From: Iphione sp. A-MEVVRFRX5
Taxonomy: Eukaryota
Reading direction: 5' to 3'
Length of the DNA stretch: 64,000 nucleotides
NCBI GenBank assembly: GCA_976226885.1
Contig: OZ320316.1
Location: 31,620,001 to 31,684,000 of the forward strand
Both the position numbers and the translations under genes were made by a program. Below the pieces are notes generated by a model, which was not told the origin of the DNA, searched no databases, and worked only from the letters and a program-made list of their open reading frames with translations. Below, one piece after another: positions 49,817-62,478 of the stretch; within the stretch, counting starts at the first letter, position 1; each line of letters begins with the position of its first letter.

Positions 49817-50320
49817 AGGTATACTAGCCAAGGAAAAAGGGTATTCCAGTGCAAACCTATGGAAACTAAAGAACATTTTTGGCTATCATTTGGTGTAAAG
49901 ATTGTGTAAATACTCCGAAATACATGTATATAAATTATTCTTAAATTTTCATTCTTTCACAGAATCTGTTCTAGAAATGATATTCTTGAAAGGGTTTCAA
50001 TTCTTGATAGGGCATTTCCGATATTTCTGTATTATAAAGGCATTTAAAATAATCCTCAAACTTTGTCACTATGGTCACTTAATGTATTCATTTATGTAAA
50101 TTAGCTCATTTACATATCTGATCACATGACTTAAAATAACTTAATAACTAATAAGAATTTACAAAAACTGACTTTTGTAACAGATTCTACAGGAAAAATT
50201 AGCAAAATGAGTTTTTCATGACTAGATTTCCATTTCCTTCATTTTATGCCTCAAATAATGGTTATTTTACACTTTCACTATTTTGCACCGGATACCCCTT
50301 TTCCCATGGCTGGTCACATA
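49817..50320. mobile_element. Non-autonomous DNA transposon with degenerate TIRs of about 35 bp (family unassigned)
   Basis: AGCCAAGGAAAAAGGGTATTCCAGTGCAAA at 49826 versus the reverse complement of 50281-50320 (AGCCATGGGAAAAGGGGTATCCGGTGCAAAA); AT-rich interior. Confidence 0.5.
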
Positions 50321-53029
50321 TGCACAAATTATACTAAGCTTTACTAAAAAGAAATTTAATCTACTGAATATACAAGCCCCTCCCCAATAAGAATATGTAT
50401 GCATTCAACACTGACTATATACATGTACCTCACACTCACACATACCTCACACTTAAAATAGGTCCCACTCCCATGCATACTGTTTCTACACATATTTCAC
50501 TCTCAAATAAATTCACACCGACAAACACATATACATATAAGGCCTACTTTTCTTTATACACATTGAAAGATACCTGACTTAGCTGCGTTGCTTTTACCCC
50601 AGAGGGGCCAACACAAAATTTCGTAGATGCCTTTATAAGGAAATACAGGCATAGAGGAAATCATACACAGATCTGTTTACCTGTTACCTATTGTCCGTTT
50701 GCATCATCTATGCTGGTATTGCCAATGTATGTTTTTTTCACACTGCATGCACTACACAGGGCATAGACATTGGCTCTTACGTAATCAGACCATAACCTCG
50801 GCGACAGGACATACAAGAAATGTCCACTTGTATGTCCATATGCAATGCTTAAGTCTACACTAACGCAATACATGTAAAAATCCACAAATGGAATTATTCT
50901 CCATGTAAACCGTGCACACTTAACACTTACTTTTACCTCACGTTAAAACACATCATATTTCTTCCCACATTGTTCCTACATATAACTCCTACTCACAAGT
51001 ACCTTCACACCAACACACTGGTACTAGACTCACACACAGGGATAAAACGTTCCAGCATCGGACATTCACATATGGTCCAGCTCAGGGATCACAAACACTG
51101 TGACGGTTAATCCCTTACATGTACTAATCCACTTTGATCCCCACTAATCCCATGATCCCGGCTACACCATCTCCTCCGCCACACGCCAGAAGCTAACCCC
51201 GGCAATGCCTGGGCGGGTACGTGTGGACATGTAAGAATTTGTTGGGCAGGGTAGCTTATACGTCAATCACCGAGCAGCAGAAATGACAGCTTCATAGGAC
51301 CAGGAGAAGCCAAGATAGGGTGGGGCAAAAGGAGAGGAAGTGGTAGAAGTAAAGACAGACAGGGGAAGAGGGGAGAGTTCGAAGAGATATACAATTGTGG
51401 AGAATCCCTAAGAGCCATTTTAATTAAGCCCCAAAGGGCACTCCCTCCTTGCATAAATGACACTGAAAGGTGTAAATTTTGATGATTAGGTATTTGGATT
51501 ATTCAATTGTTCTTGATCAGTTGTTTTGTATTTTCATTTCGTGGTGAAGCGATATATAAGAGAGGCTTGATTCCCCTTGTATACGTCGTATAGGGGGAAA
51601 AGTGGCGAGAAAGAGAGAGAGCGGGAGAGGGAGAGAGAGAGAGAGGAGGGAATGGCATTGGACAGGTTAGGGTATATTGAAGACCCTGGGCCTACGCGCG
51701 AGATAGGTACATGTACATCTGTACATTCTGTAGTTTCAGGTGTGGACGGGGTGTGAACCTGCTGACGAGTTCCAGGACTACTTGTTCTGAAGGTGTAGTT
51801 CTGAGCAGCAGTGTTCGCAGGATTCAGGGCTCTTCCGGATAAGGTAGGACAGCCCCGCATCCCCTGCATCGAGTGGTCCTGCTTCTCAGAAGCAGCATCG
51901 CTCAACGGTGACATGATTGACTGGGAGGCAGCAGCATGAGCGGGATGTGCAACCAGGCAGGACAAGTCGGGCCTTGGCGCTCAGCTCCTGAAGTCATGGG
52001 TAAGGTGGTCGCCACTCCACTGGTGTGGCCACAGGACAGGTTTGTGTGTCTAAGGGAGGACCTTGGTGCCAGGAGCATGACCATACACAATGACACGGTT
52101 TCGTCCACCATCTTGGATTTGTCATTTTCGAGAGTAAACAAAGCCGTGTGCCCATTGAAACCTATTGTAAAGAAGGCGAGGTTGCAAGTCCCATGGCAAA
52201 CAAACTATACTTTCTAACATTGTGAAACTTAACAGAATATTAGGAAAATTTGAAAGCATTAGTGTCTATGAAATGTCTTTCTAGTAGAAATTGCTAGTTT
52301 AAAAATAGTGTTCTTGGATGTCAAACACTCGAGTAGAGTCACATACCAAGCTTTGAAACTTTCGAGATGCTTCATTCAAAAGCATCTCCTTAGGCAAAAA
52401 TATTAACCCTTTAATGACAGCCACCTATCAAGTGAAGACGTAACGTCAGGGCGTTCCATAATCTATATGCTTCACCATAGAGGGCGACACCCAAACTAGT
52501 AAGGGAGCATCACCGGGCAAGATTTTGTCTTACCATTTTACCTTTTACCATATTTGGTGAAAATCCAATATGGCAGATGAAACCGTTTCATTGTGTATTA
52601 CCCAATCATGATCACTCGCAGTGCTGTCAAGCTTCTTTCTCAAGATTACAGGTTATTTCACCCAGCTTTGGACATGCTCAGCCAGTGAAGTAGACACCCT
52701 CGCTTTATCTCCCTGCTCCTCCTACAATGTCCTCACTCCACTGCTCTGAGGAGCAGAAGGTGATGTCCTTGTCGCACCCCAGAGCTACATGTATAATATG
52801 TTTGGAATAAAGGGTACCCTCAGAACTCCAGCCCAACACAAAATGTCTTCTCGGCTATCTAGTTTCAGGCGTTCTTTTCTCCCCAGGTATTTTTTTATAT
52901 TCTCTCTACAGCACTCCAACCCTATCCTCGTCTCCTTATTCCTCTCCCCTCTTGTATGTTACGCCTACTCTCTATCCGTTTCTGTGCCTGTCTCTTTCGA
53001 CTGGTTCTCCCTCTCATGGCCAGATGTCA

Positions 53030-53960
53030 CACTATAGCCGTCCCAGAGCGCCATCTATCGTAGTTCCGCTGCCTACGCCAGGTTCGCGCAGCTCGCCAGG
53101 CCTGGGGGTCGGGGGTCGGGCGGGCGGTGCGTCGGTGCGTGCGGCCACGTCTGCGCGGCAATGGGCGGCAGTGGTGGTGGCGGTGGCGGCGGCGGCGACC
53201 AGGCAGACAGACCGACGGCGGGCTGTGGAGAGGCCGCACAGGCGGCGAGAGCGGAGCGAGCGAGCGAGATCAGCCTGCTGAGAGAGGTAAAGGGAGCGAG
53301 TGAGAGAGAGCAGGCAGGGATCAGGGACGGCAGCCTGGCCAGACGTTAGCAGTTGGAGCAGCAGTAGACGCAGCAGCAGTGATAGCTCCAGCCGATATAT
53401 CCGGGCATAGAGTGGGAGAGGACTACCTCCAAGACAAGCAAGGCACACCTCCAGCTTGCCAAACACACGGCTCCTGTCCGACGACAAGCAGCAGCAGGAG
53501 CAGCGGCGGCGGCGGGCCGGCCCCGGGCAGCGGTGGGCGGCGATCGAGGAGAAGGGGGAGGTGGAGGCGGCCCGGAGTGGCGGGCAGCCTGTGTGCGTGT
53601 GTGCGTGTATGGTATACTACTACGCCTAGTAGTAGTACAGAGCCCGGGCACGGCGGAGACTCGGGCGGAGGAGGGGTACGACCAGGAGGAGAGAGAGAGG
53701 GTTGCAGAAGAGAGGGTTGAGAAGAACGGACGGCCCAGAAGATCCCCCGTGCATACGGTGCATCACCAAAATCAGCTGAAGTGAGGAGGAATAGGAACAG
53801 TTACAATCACAACGATAGCAGTCAGTATCCCTGGAATTACTCATCCAGATACGGAAATTGTGGCCTTCATCGTCGCCCTAGCCTGAAGCGTGCGCGGCGG
53901 TCCTGGAGAACCGCTGAGATCGTCAAAGGAGCGAACAGGACTTTTCTCTCAAAACAAGGT
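53030..53960. promoter_or_regulatory. CpG/GC-rich island, probable promoter and 5' UTR of a further gene
   Basis: High CpG density with GGC and CAG runs; possible + strand donor AAG|GTgtgc at about 53958; no recognisable protein. Confidence 0.45.
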
Positions 53961-54197
53961 GTGCTTTTTTAAAATGTGCGAGTGTAACTATGTAGATGTA
54001 AATGGGTACATTGCAGCTGTTTGTATGCGGGTGTAATATGAATTGTGTCCGAACATATGTTGGGTAGAAAAGGCGTATTCATGCAGGAAGGGATGAGGGT
54101 TGTATTGTAATGCTATACATTCAGGATGGTTTAGTAGGAGGCTACTGTGAATCATGACAGAAGTCGAGATGGTGGATGCATCCTCAGGGAGGGCGGG

Positions 54198-54201
<4 letters not shown>

Positions 54202-54241
<40 letters not shown>
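54202..54241. repeat. (GA)n microsatellite
   Basis: GA run followed by degenerate GACA repeats. Confidence 0.97.
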
Positions 54242-54247
<6 letters not shown>

Positions 54248-55878
54248 AGACAGGCAGTCAGACAGAGACAGAGGGACAGAGACAGAGACAGGAGGAAAGC
54301 GGATGAGAGATGGGAAACGCATGGTCTACGTGTGAATAATAAGATGAAGGATGTTGCGAGGGGATGCACGGTTGGCTTCTTCTCTCGGCGTCGGTGACAT
54401 AAAACCTGAATGCCTTGGGGATGGGGGATGCGTGATGGCCACTGCTGCCTCCTCCATGAATGGAAGCATGCCAACCAAGCGGAGAATATAGCATTCGGGT
54501 GATGGCCGTATGTATTGAGATTGATCTGGGCCCCAGAATGATTGGTCACAGCGCTCGCATGCATTAGCATTGGAAGGACTGGTCATGTATCACAGGGGCT
54601 AATGGAGCCTGACCGGTCAGTCCCCCCTCCCCTTATCATTACGCATATATATGCTGACATGAATGCGCCTGCACATGATTGCATGCATATATATGTCCCC
54701 TCAGAAACCTTGCCAGATGCCACATCGGTAAACTTGTACGTGGGACGTAAAGGTTGGCGGAAAGGCTCATAATAGTGTTGAGTTTCATGGCATCTGTGAG
54801 CAGCAACAACTGCATGTTGTAGTAACCATGGACACCACCAGCTGCAGTAACACTACTAGTAGTAGTAGCAGTGGTAGCAGCAATAGTGATGATGGTGGCA
54901 CTGGCGGTGCGTACGTTTACATTGTGGCACACTCTCTTCATGCCACTATTTTGTAATACTGGCAGTACAATTCATAATGTGATTAGTGCACGCGGTAATA
55001 ACAATTATACAGTACATACTATTACCATTACTGTAGTATGGGCGACAGAAACACTTGTAAATGTAGTACGGAGCACTTACATCACATGGATTAGGAGGTG
55101 TGGTTGCAGCCACATTACTCGTATTAGTAATGGTGCTGGTAGTATCAGAACCGTTAAGAGTAATGGGAGTAAGAGCAACAATATATATATATATATATAT
55201 AAATATATATACATCATGTAGCAGTAGCAGTAATAATAATGTTCAAAGTGACATCAGTAGCTGCATTGTAAGTAGCAATGATAATAATTACTGTATTTGC
55301 AATATAAGTACATACAGCATTCTTAATACTGTTAGTACTGTTAGCAGCATTTTTAGTCGTAAAAATACTAGCAGTGGTAAGAGTAGCAATGGAAATCGCA
55401 GAAGTACATTCGATCCATGTTTCCTGAACTAACCATAACCAGTCTCTTTACAGAGATTTCCTTTACTGAAAGCCTTCGTATCCGCACATTTTTAGTGAGA
55501 CGGAAGTGAGGACCGACTTTGTTTTTGGAAAATTACAGTAGATAACTCATAGTCTTTCACACCACAATAGTTTAAATCCAAGTAGAAAATGTTGTGGCAG
55601 GCTGCAATACAGCGTATTAGTGTCTATACCACATTGTATGCAGACTAGCACTTTGAATAACTGAGATGAGAGGGTGAGCCGAATGTCCCCAAAGCTTGAT
55701 GTTATTCTAAGCAGGTACTGTTTCCACTTTTGAAATGTTTTTTTAACGAGGAATTTGCCTGTCAGGTTCAAAGGCAGTAACACCTTTAATAGCAGCATTA
55801 GTAGTTAGTATGACGTGAGCAGCAGCCACAACAGTGGGTTTGGGTGAGCAACCCTTGTAGTCTTAAATTTATCTGTAA

Positions 55879-57045
55879 AAGCTGGTTTCCATTCATGCGT
55901 TTGCTCATTACATTTGTTGCATTTGCATTCCTCTTTTTTTTATCACACAAATATATACACATGCACAAGTAGGATATGGAAGTGAGGCCTAGGATCAGGC
56001 TGTGCGGGGAACATTTCCTCTCATTATTTTTTCCATCTCTAGCGTCTTATGTTCTGCAGCCTTTTTCTGAGTTATTGACACTGTTGCATTTTTTGTGAGT
56101 TGGTTACACTGTTGTGTGGTTTTCTTTGCATTTTTTGCTGATGTGCATGCATGTGTGTATATATGTGCGGTTGTGCGGTTTTTGCCCTATTGTGCACTTT
56201 TTTTCATGCACAAAATATCTAGAATTAGACCATCACAGACAGAGTAACACCTTCAAACAAACCCTGCACACAAGTCCTTTAGGTAACACACAAGTTTCAA
56301 CCAACCCCTTAACGAAAGTCCTTTACGCAGCACAAAAGACACCCCCCTCACCTGCGTTCACATGTACCATTATGGTCACTGATAAAGTAACACAGTGCAA
56401 ATGCAATGCACAAACACACAAATGGAAATTGGCCCTTAGGCTAGCTTTCCATGAATGCATTTTGCTGTTTGCATGTGCAGTGCATGCAAAATGGCTGTTT
56501 AAAGAGCTTTTTCCATAGATTTGCTCATGGGCTGTTTCCATGACTGCATGTGGTTGCTGCCACAGTGCTGCTTCCTCTCATTTCCTGCCATTTCCTCTCT
56601 GTTATCATCATTTTACTTCTAGCTATGTGTTAGGAAATATGGCAGGAAATGTTGAAATCTGTGGCTTTTTTCCCAAAATTAATAGCCTAACTTCACACCA
56701 TAACTGTAGACATTTGTGCATGTTTTTCTGCAATCAACGGTTGAAGTTGAAATGTGGTACTTTTGTCTTAATTATATGCAAATCTGTCAGATTTCAACAC
56801 ATATTCAAACATGTCCTAGCATGTTCCTTACACAATCTTCAAATTCCCTACTTATTTTCATACAGCTTTCCACAGTGGAGTGCAGTGAATGTAACGAGGT
56901 TGGTCATTTCAAGCAGTGCAATCCGTCCACACTCTGCATCACTGCATACCATGGAAACAAACCAGAGCATTATCATAATACCAAAACCCCACCACAAACA
57001 CACTCTGTATGCATTCCACATCACCACATTCATGAAAACCCGACT
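55879..57045. mobile_element. Two adjacent decayed family B-like MITEs sharing a TTA
   Basis: ATGGAAATTGGCCC|TTA|GGCTAGCTTTCCATG at 56422-56453; candidate outer ends GCTGGTTTCCA (55881) and CATGAAAACCCGAC (57031). Confidence 0.4.
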
Positions 57046-57297
57046 GAACAGAGAAAGGATGTGAATAGGAATTAGAATCTTTGGGAAACGTTTGTATTAG
57101 CAACGGACCTATAGCAGCACTAGTGGAATTGTAACAGTAGCAGTGTTGGCCACTAGTACTAGTATTAGCATTACTATCATAGTAGAAGCACTAGTGGCAC
57201 TAGAATTACATAATGATATTCAATAGGCAATCGCTTGCCCGGGTGGTGATAGAAATGATTACGAAGCTGATTGTCGGTCAGGCTTGCGGTTGGCCTA

Positions 57298-57427
57298 NNN
57301 NNNNNNNNNNNNNNNNNNNNNNNNNNNNNNNNNNNNNNNNNNNNNNNNNNNNNNNNNNNNNNNNNNNNNNNNNNNNNNNNNNNNNNNNNNNNNNNNNNNN
57401 NNNNNNNNNNNNNNNNNNNNNNNNNNN
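57298..57427. other. Assembly gap (N run)
   Basis: 130 N. Confidence 1.
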
Positions 57428-60400
57428 NGTCGAAAAAGAATGCCGCAATAGTTCTGGTCTGAGAGAGACAGAGGAGAGAAGGCAGGATAATAAGAGCGAT
57501 ACAGACAAGAAAACGAGAGAACAATGAAAGGAAGAAGAATATATTCAGGAGATGAGAGGATTGAAGGGAACATGCAAGCGAGGGGAGCAGGAGGGAAGTC
57601 AAACAGAAAGGGGACCGTAGGAGAAAGCCTTATGCTACGTGCAGCAGTTAAGCCTATACGCATTAATATGCTACCACTGGCCTTTTGGGATGTTGGTGTA
57701 TGGGCGCCAACAATAGAAGCATGCCGTAACAACCACTATAGCAGCCATTGATCAGTAAGTAGGACCAGACAGGAAGGTTTTCCGGCAGCGATATACATGT
57801 ATGTACATAGCGTCAGACAAGGTAGATAAAAGACAGGAAAAGAAGCATGCAGTCACAGTTAGGCAGGTAGACAGGCAAACAGGCAGGCAGTCAGATACAG
57901 TAGAGGCAGAAAGGCGGATACAGGTATAGATACAGCTACACATATGTATTTATAAAGAGACAGGCAGACAAACTGAGACAGCAAGACTTATCGACAGATA
58001 TACAGCAAAGTCTTCAGAGACATATTGTACACAAACAGACAAGACTTAAAACCTAGTGGGACGCGGCCTCTGAAGACATCAGAGACAGTTATCGCGACAA
58101 CCAGATGTAGCCGGAACATTTTATTTATACTTTCGTCACTGTAGCACTATAAGCAACTGCTTCTCTTAGGCGAGATTTTACTGTAACAAACTGGACATTA
58201 GCCAGGTAGCCTTCACACCAGGGGCTATGATCTTGGTACTGGACTGAGGGATGAGCTGCTGTCCTTGTGGATCAGCAAATACGTCATATTAGCCCGAGGG
58301 CAGATGAATGGATACAAACAGACAGAGCAAGAACGAGAGTGAGTGAAAGAGAGATTGAATACATCATACGCACCCAGTAATAGAGTAAACTTGGTGTTTC
58401 GTGCAAAGGCACTCCTACATAAGGTCGAAAAAAAACGTTTAGATCGCCTTCTACATTTATTACCACTCTAATATGAAGCCCTCGGAGAGTACGACTTAAA
58501 ATGTGAAGCTATGTAGCCATCGTTCCATAAAAGGTGAAAGTGGAAAGACATGGGCCAGATGTCATAGAAACCATGCAATCACGTGCATGTCATCTCGCGT
58601 GCAAGCGCTGGAAGCATTCCTTGAAATGTAATGCCACGAGTCAACACATCATAAAACATGGGAAGACATGGGCCGTTTTTCAAATATTAAAACCCCTAGG
58701 CGCACTTCTTTTCAAACGACCATGTTATCGCAAGACGCCAGAATGTGAGCTCCTTTGATCAAATTTCATCGGATTGCTACCTTTTTATTCCATCAGAAGG
58801 TCCCAATATCCTCCAAATCTAAAGCCGGTTAGTTCTGTGTCCCTTTGAAGTAATGGTCCGTGTGGGTGTCACCTGTCAGGGACACATTAAGCCTCCATTA
58901 ACTTCTCGCCGCCCACATATCAGCACGTGATCAGACGGGCAGGTGTGCTAAATTCTTGTTTCCCTTGCTTTCACCCGATGACAATTACCACCCCATGTCT
59001 GCATATCTGTATCAATAGGTATATATAGCCTGTTTGTATGTATATCCATATGAAACGGCCCTGTTGTCTTCACTAGTTCCGCCAGTGATTAATCAGACAC
59101 CAGCCTCCAGACTAACACGATGTGCAACCGTCAGCAAATAATTATGGTCTTATTCTGGCGTTTCTTCACAAATAGACCATTTGCATGTACATTTCCGTTG
59201 TTCCGTTATATTTCCCAGTAGTTAACATACGGACGTCGTGTGCAAGTACTGTCCTGCTAATTTTCTCTCACACTGCATGTACAGACATGATAGTCACAGT
59301 GGAACAAATGCTGCAATCTTGGCATTGGTAATTTTGGACAATACCACTCATATTAAAATTTTGACTACCTCACACCAATATACCCAGACAGAAAGCTATG
59401 TTTTGCAAATATAAAACCCACCGCAAAAAACTTCTCCACGTGCAGAGCAACAGCTTATATATGCTATAAAAATTTCATTATCTCTTGCTGTTTTCTGTTG
59501 TGATAGTTCATTTCAATAAAAGCCGTTATTATATTGCAATTACATTCAAAGCATTGTGTTACTATTGATATTGATATGGACGTATAGCTGTCACGTACCG
59601 ACAACTGTCGATATCACTGCAATGGCTACTGGCAGCAGTCTTGCAGTTCGGCAGGATGTGTAATTGACGTGCACAGTAGTTGGTGATGGTTTTTCCTTTC
59701 TCAGACCTTGGGCTTTTTCTGGGCGTTCCTCCTTTGGAACCGACCTGATATAGTCTTGTTCTCGTGAGTTTTTAATAGTTCGATGACATCAGGTAGTGGG
59801 CAGTAGTCAAGCAGATATCAGGTCCCAGTTTCCTGGCCTTCGAGTATTGTCGTTATGTAGTACTGTGGATATCAAGTTCCACTCACCTGGGTTTGGCGTC
59901 AGTAGTCCAGTTCATGTCAGTCCCAAGTTCGCTGGAGTACAGAGGTGTTCCGTTAGATTTCATATTTGTTGGTCAGCGGCCGGGTAGATAACCAGACCTC
60001 CGCTACTGACTTAGGGGGATCAGCAATATATCACACCCCCGTTCTCTGACGTCATTTCCCAGTCATGCTGCATACAGATTAGCTTGACTGTTGAATAAGC
60101 ATTCGATAGCCTTGTAGGGACTGCAGCAGACATTGCTTGGCAGTCAATACTCCAATAGACAACAGACTTTTTGACTGTGGCTTAGGAGTAATAGTAGACC
60201 AGACTGTCGTGGGAGTTTGATAGTAAGTTCATTTAGTTGTGTAAATATTAGACCCTACTAAAGATTCCTCAGTATAGATCAAGGCTAATGGTACAGATGT
60301 ACACAAAGCCTAGTACACAAAATATGGAGCTTCGTCACTGAAATTTTCATTGGAATTGTGAGATTCACTACATACTTGTAGATATGTATGTACAATATAT

Positions 60401-61538
60401 GTGTGTCACATCTGTGTGCAATAGATCGGCTTATTTTACCAATACTGGCGTTACATTTACACTTATACATATCCTTGTACATATACATGTATGTGTGTAT
60501 ACTAGTCATCTTTCATCCAGCAGGTCGGGGATGAGAGGCAGGAAAGGGGCAGAGGTGCACTTTTTAAGAAGAGTTGTTAGATTGACAATAACCGTCGACA
60601 AGCGCAGCAATAGCAGCTGTGGACAGTCACAGTGGAGAACAGGGTTTATATTGCATGATGTCAGGGATATGAGACACAACGGTAATCACAGTAACACCTG
60701 ACACTAAGTATATCTAGCCACTATCTTCGCGGTACCATTGGAAGGCTGTATTATAGAGACCAGAAGCTCAATTATTGTCATGTATACTAGAAAGTAATAT
60801 ATGTAATGCTTCTGCAACAGTCATCCGCAAGTTCTTCATTCTCTGGAAGTTGGTATGAAACCCACTACCGTTTTTCATCGCCATCTATCCAGCGGTGCTG
60901 GATCCAGTCTGTGCTAGGCCAGGGTGGGAGGGGGCAGCTGGGAACGGGTGGTGAGTAGGAGGCAGGAGGCCCATGCTGCCTAACGCGTGCAGGCATGCAT
61001 GCACACTGGGCCGCTGCTGCCGCCTCCATCGCTGGCTCGTGCCTGGTGCTCTCAGCGCAGGATTGAGGATGTGAGATGTTTGATAGGCGAGATGTTTGAT
61101 AGGCGCTGTCTCTCCTCTCTGCTCTCCTCGTTGGTTGTTACTCTACCTGACTAGGACATCTCCTCCGTCTCCACCACGTCCCGTACCTCCCCTTCCGTGT
61201 GCTCGTCTGCGCCCTTTCTTTTCTCCTTTCCTTTCCTCTTCCCTTTCCCACTTCCTCCCTTCTCTTCCTCCTCCCCCTCCTTCATCCTCCTCCTCATGCT
61301 TGTCTTTCGTCTTCATCTTCTATTTTCTTCCTCGTTTCCTCCTTCGTTTCCCTTCTTCATCCATCTCCTTCACTGGTCCGAATTCTAATGGACCCATCCA
61401 CCATCCATACAGTCTGTCCAGTAGAAAGGGCACAGGGACGCAGACGGTATATGCGCATGGGTAGAAATAGACTAGCGGAAAAAAGCGGAGTACAGACTCC
61501 TAGGATGTGACGGGGAGATGAGAGATGGAAAGATGGTA

Positions 61539-61818
61539 AGATAAGTCAACATAGAGAGGGTTACACAGAGAGGAGATAAGTCAACATAGAGAGGGTTACA
61601 CAGAGAGGAGATAAGTCAACATAGAGAGGGTTACACAGAGAGGAGATGAGTCAACATAGAGAGGGTTACACAGAGAGGAGATAAGTCAACATAGAGAGGG
61701 TTACACAAGGAGGAGATAAGTCAACATAGAGAGGGTTACACAGAGAGGAGATAAGTCAACATAGAGAGGGTTACACAGAGAGGATATAAGTCAACATAGA
61801 GAGGGTTACACAGAGAGG
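61539..61818. repeat. Minisatellite, 35-bp unit x about 8
   Basis: Unit AGATAAGTCAACATAGAGAGGGTTACACAGAGAGG repeated head to tail with few variants and no spacers. Confidence 0.95.
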
Positions 61819-62424
61819 ATATGTGAGGAATTGATGGCCATCGCTAGCAGACTGAAAATTTGAGAGAACGTAGCACAGGGAACAAAAGAGAAGACGATAG
61901 AAACTGTGAGTAGTATGTGGGACAAAAGAATGAAATTTGAGAAGAGAACAGAAATTACCAGACGCACAGCAAAGCAGAGTCCAAGTTGGGATCTGGCATC
62001 GAGCTGAAGGGGATCAGGAGTGGGTAAATGGCGTAGATAAGTAGGTGTATGGGTGAGAAAATAAGTGAATGCGACTGTCGTATAGACAGCAATACAAGCC
62101 GCCGAACCTGGAGGAGGCAGGAGATTTTCCCCTGGCAGACGGCTAGCACGGACACGTATACCAGGAGGCTACCGTGGGAGGATGGTGGTGGTGGTGGTCC
62201 CGGAGTACTGGAGAGCCCAACCCACACCACCCCTAACACCTTCCCACTCCCTCCTCCCACCAGCAGCTGTTATTTCTAAAGCCGCTACCAGGAAGCCATA
62301 CCTTCACCACCCCTCCCCAATCCCCCTCTCCCCCACCTCCACCCGAGCCACGTGGACTGGCAGTGATGCTATTTGTGGCGGCAGGAACCCTCGAGCCTTC
62401 TGCTCCTCTCCTCCCTCTCCCCCC

Positions 62425-62428
<4 letters not shown>

Positions 62429-62475
<47 letters not shown>
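62429..62475. repeat. (CT)n microsatellite
   Basis: Uninterrupted CT run. Confidence 0.97.

Positions 62476-62478
<3 letters not shown>

Noticed and set aside
61539-61818. CRISPR-like array of 35-bp repeats
   Set aside because: Units are head to tail with no unique spacers, no cas genes, and the context is eukaryotic: a minisatellite.
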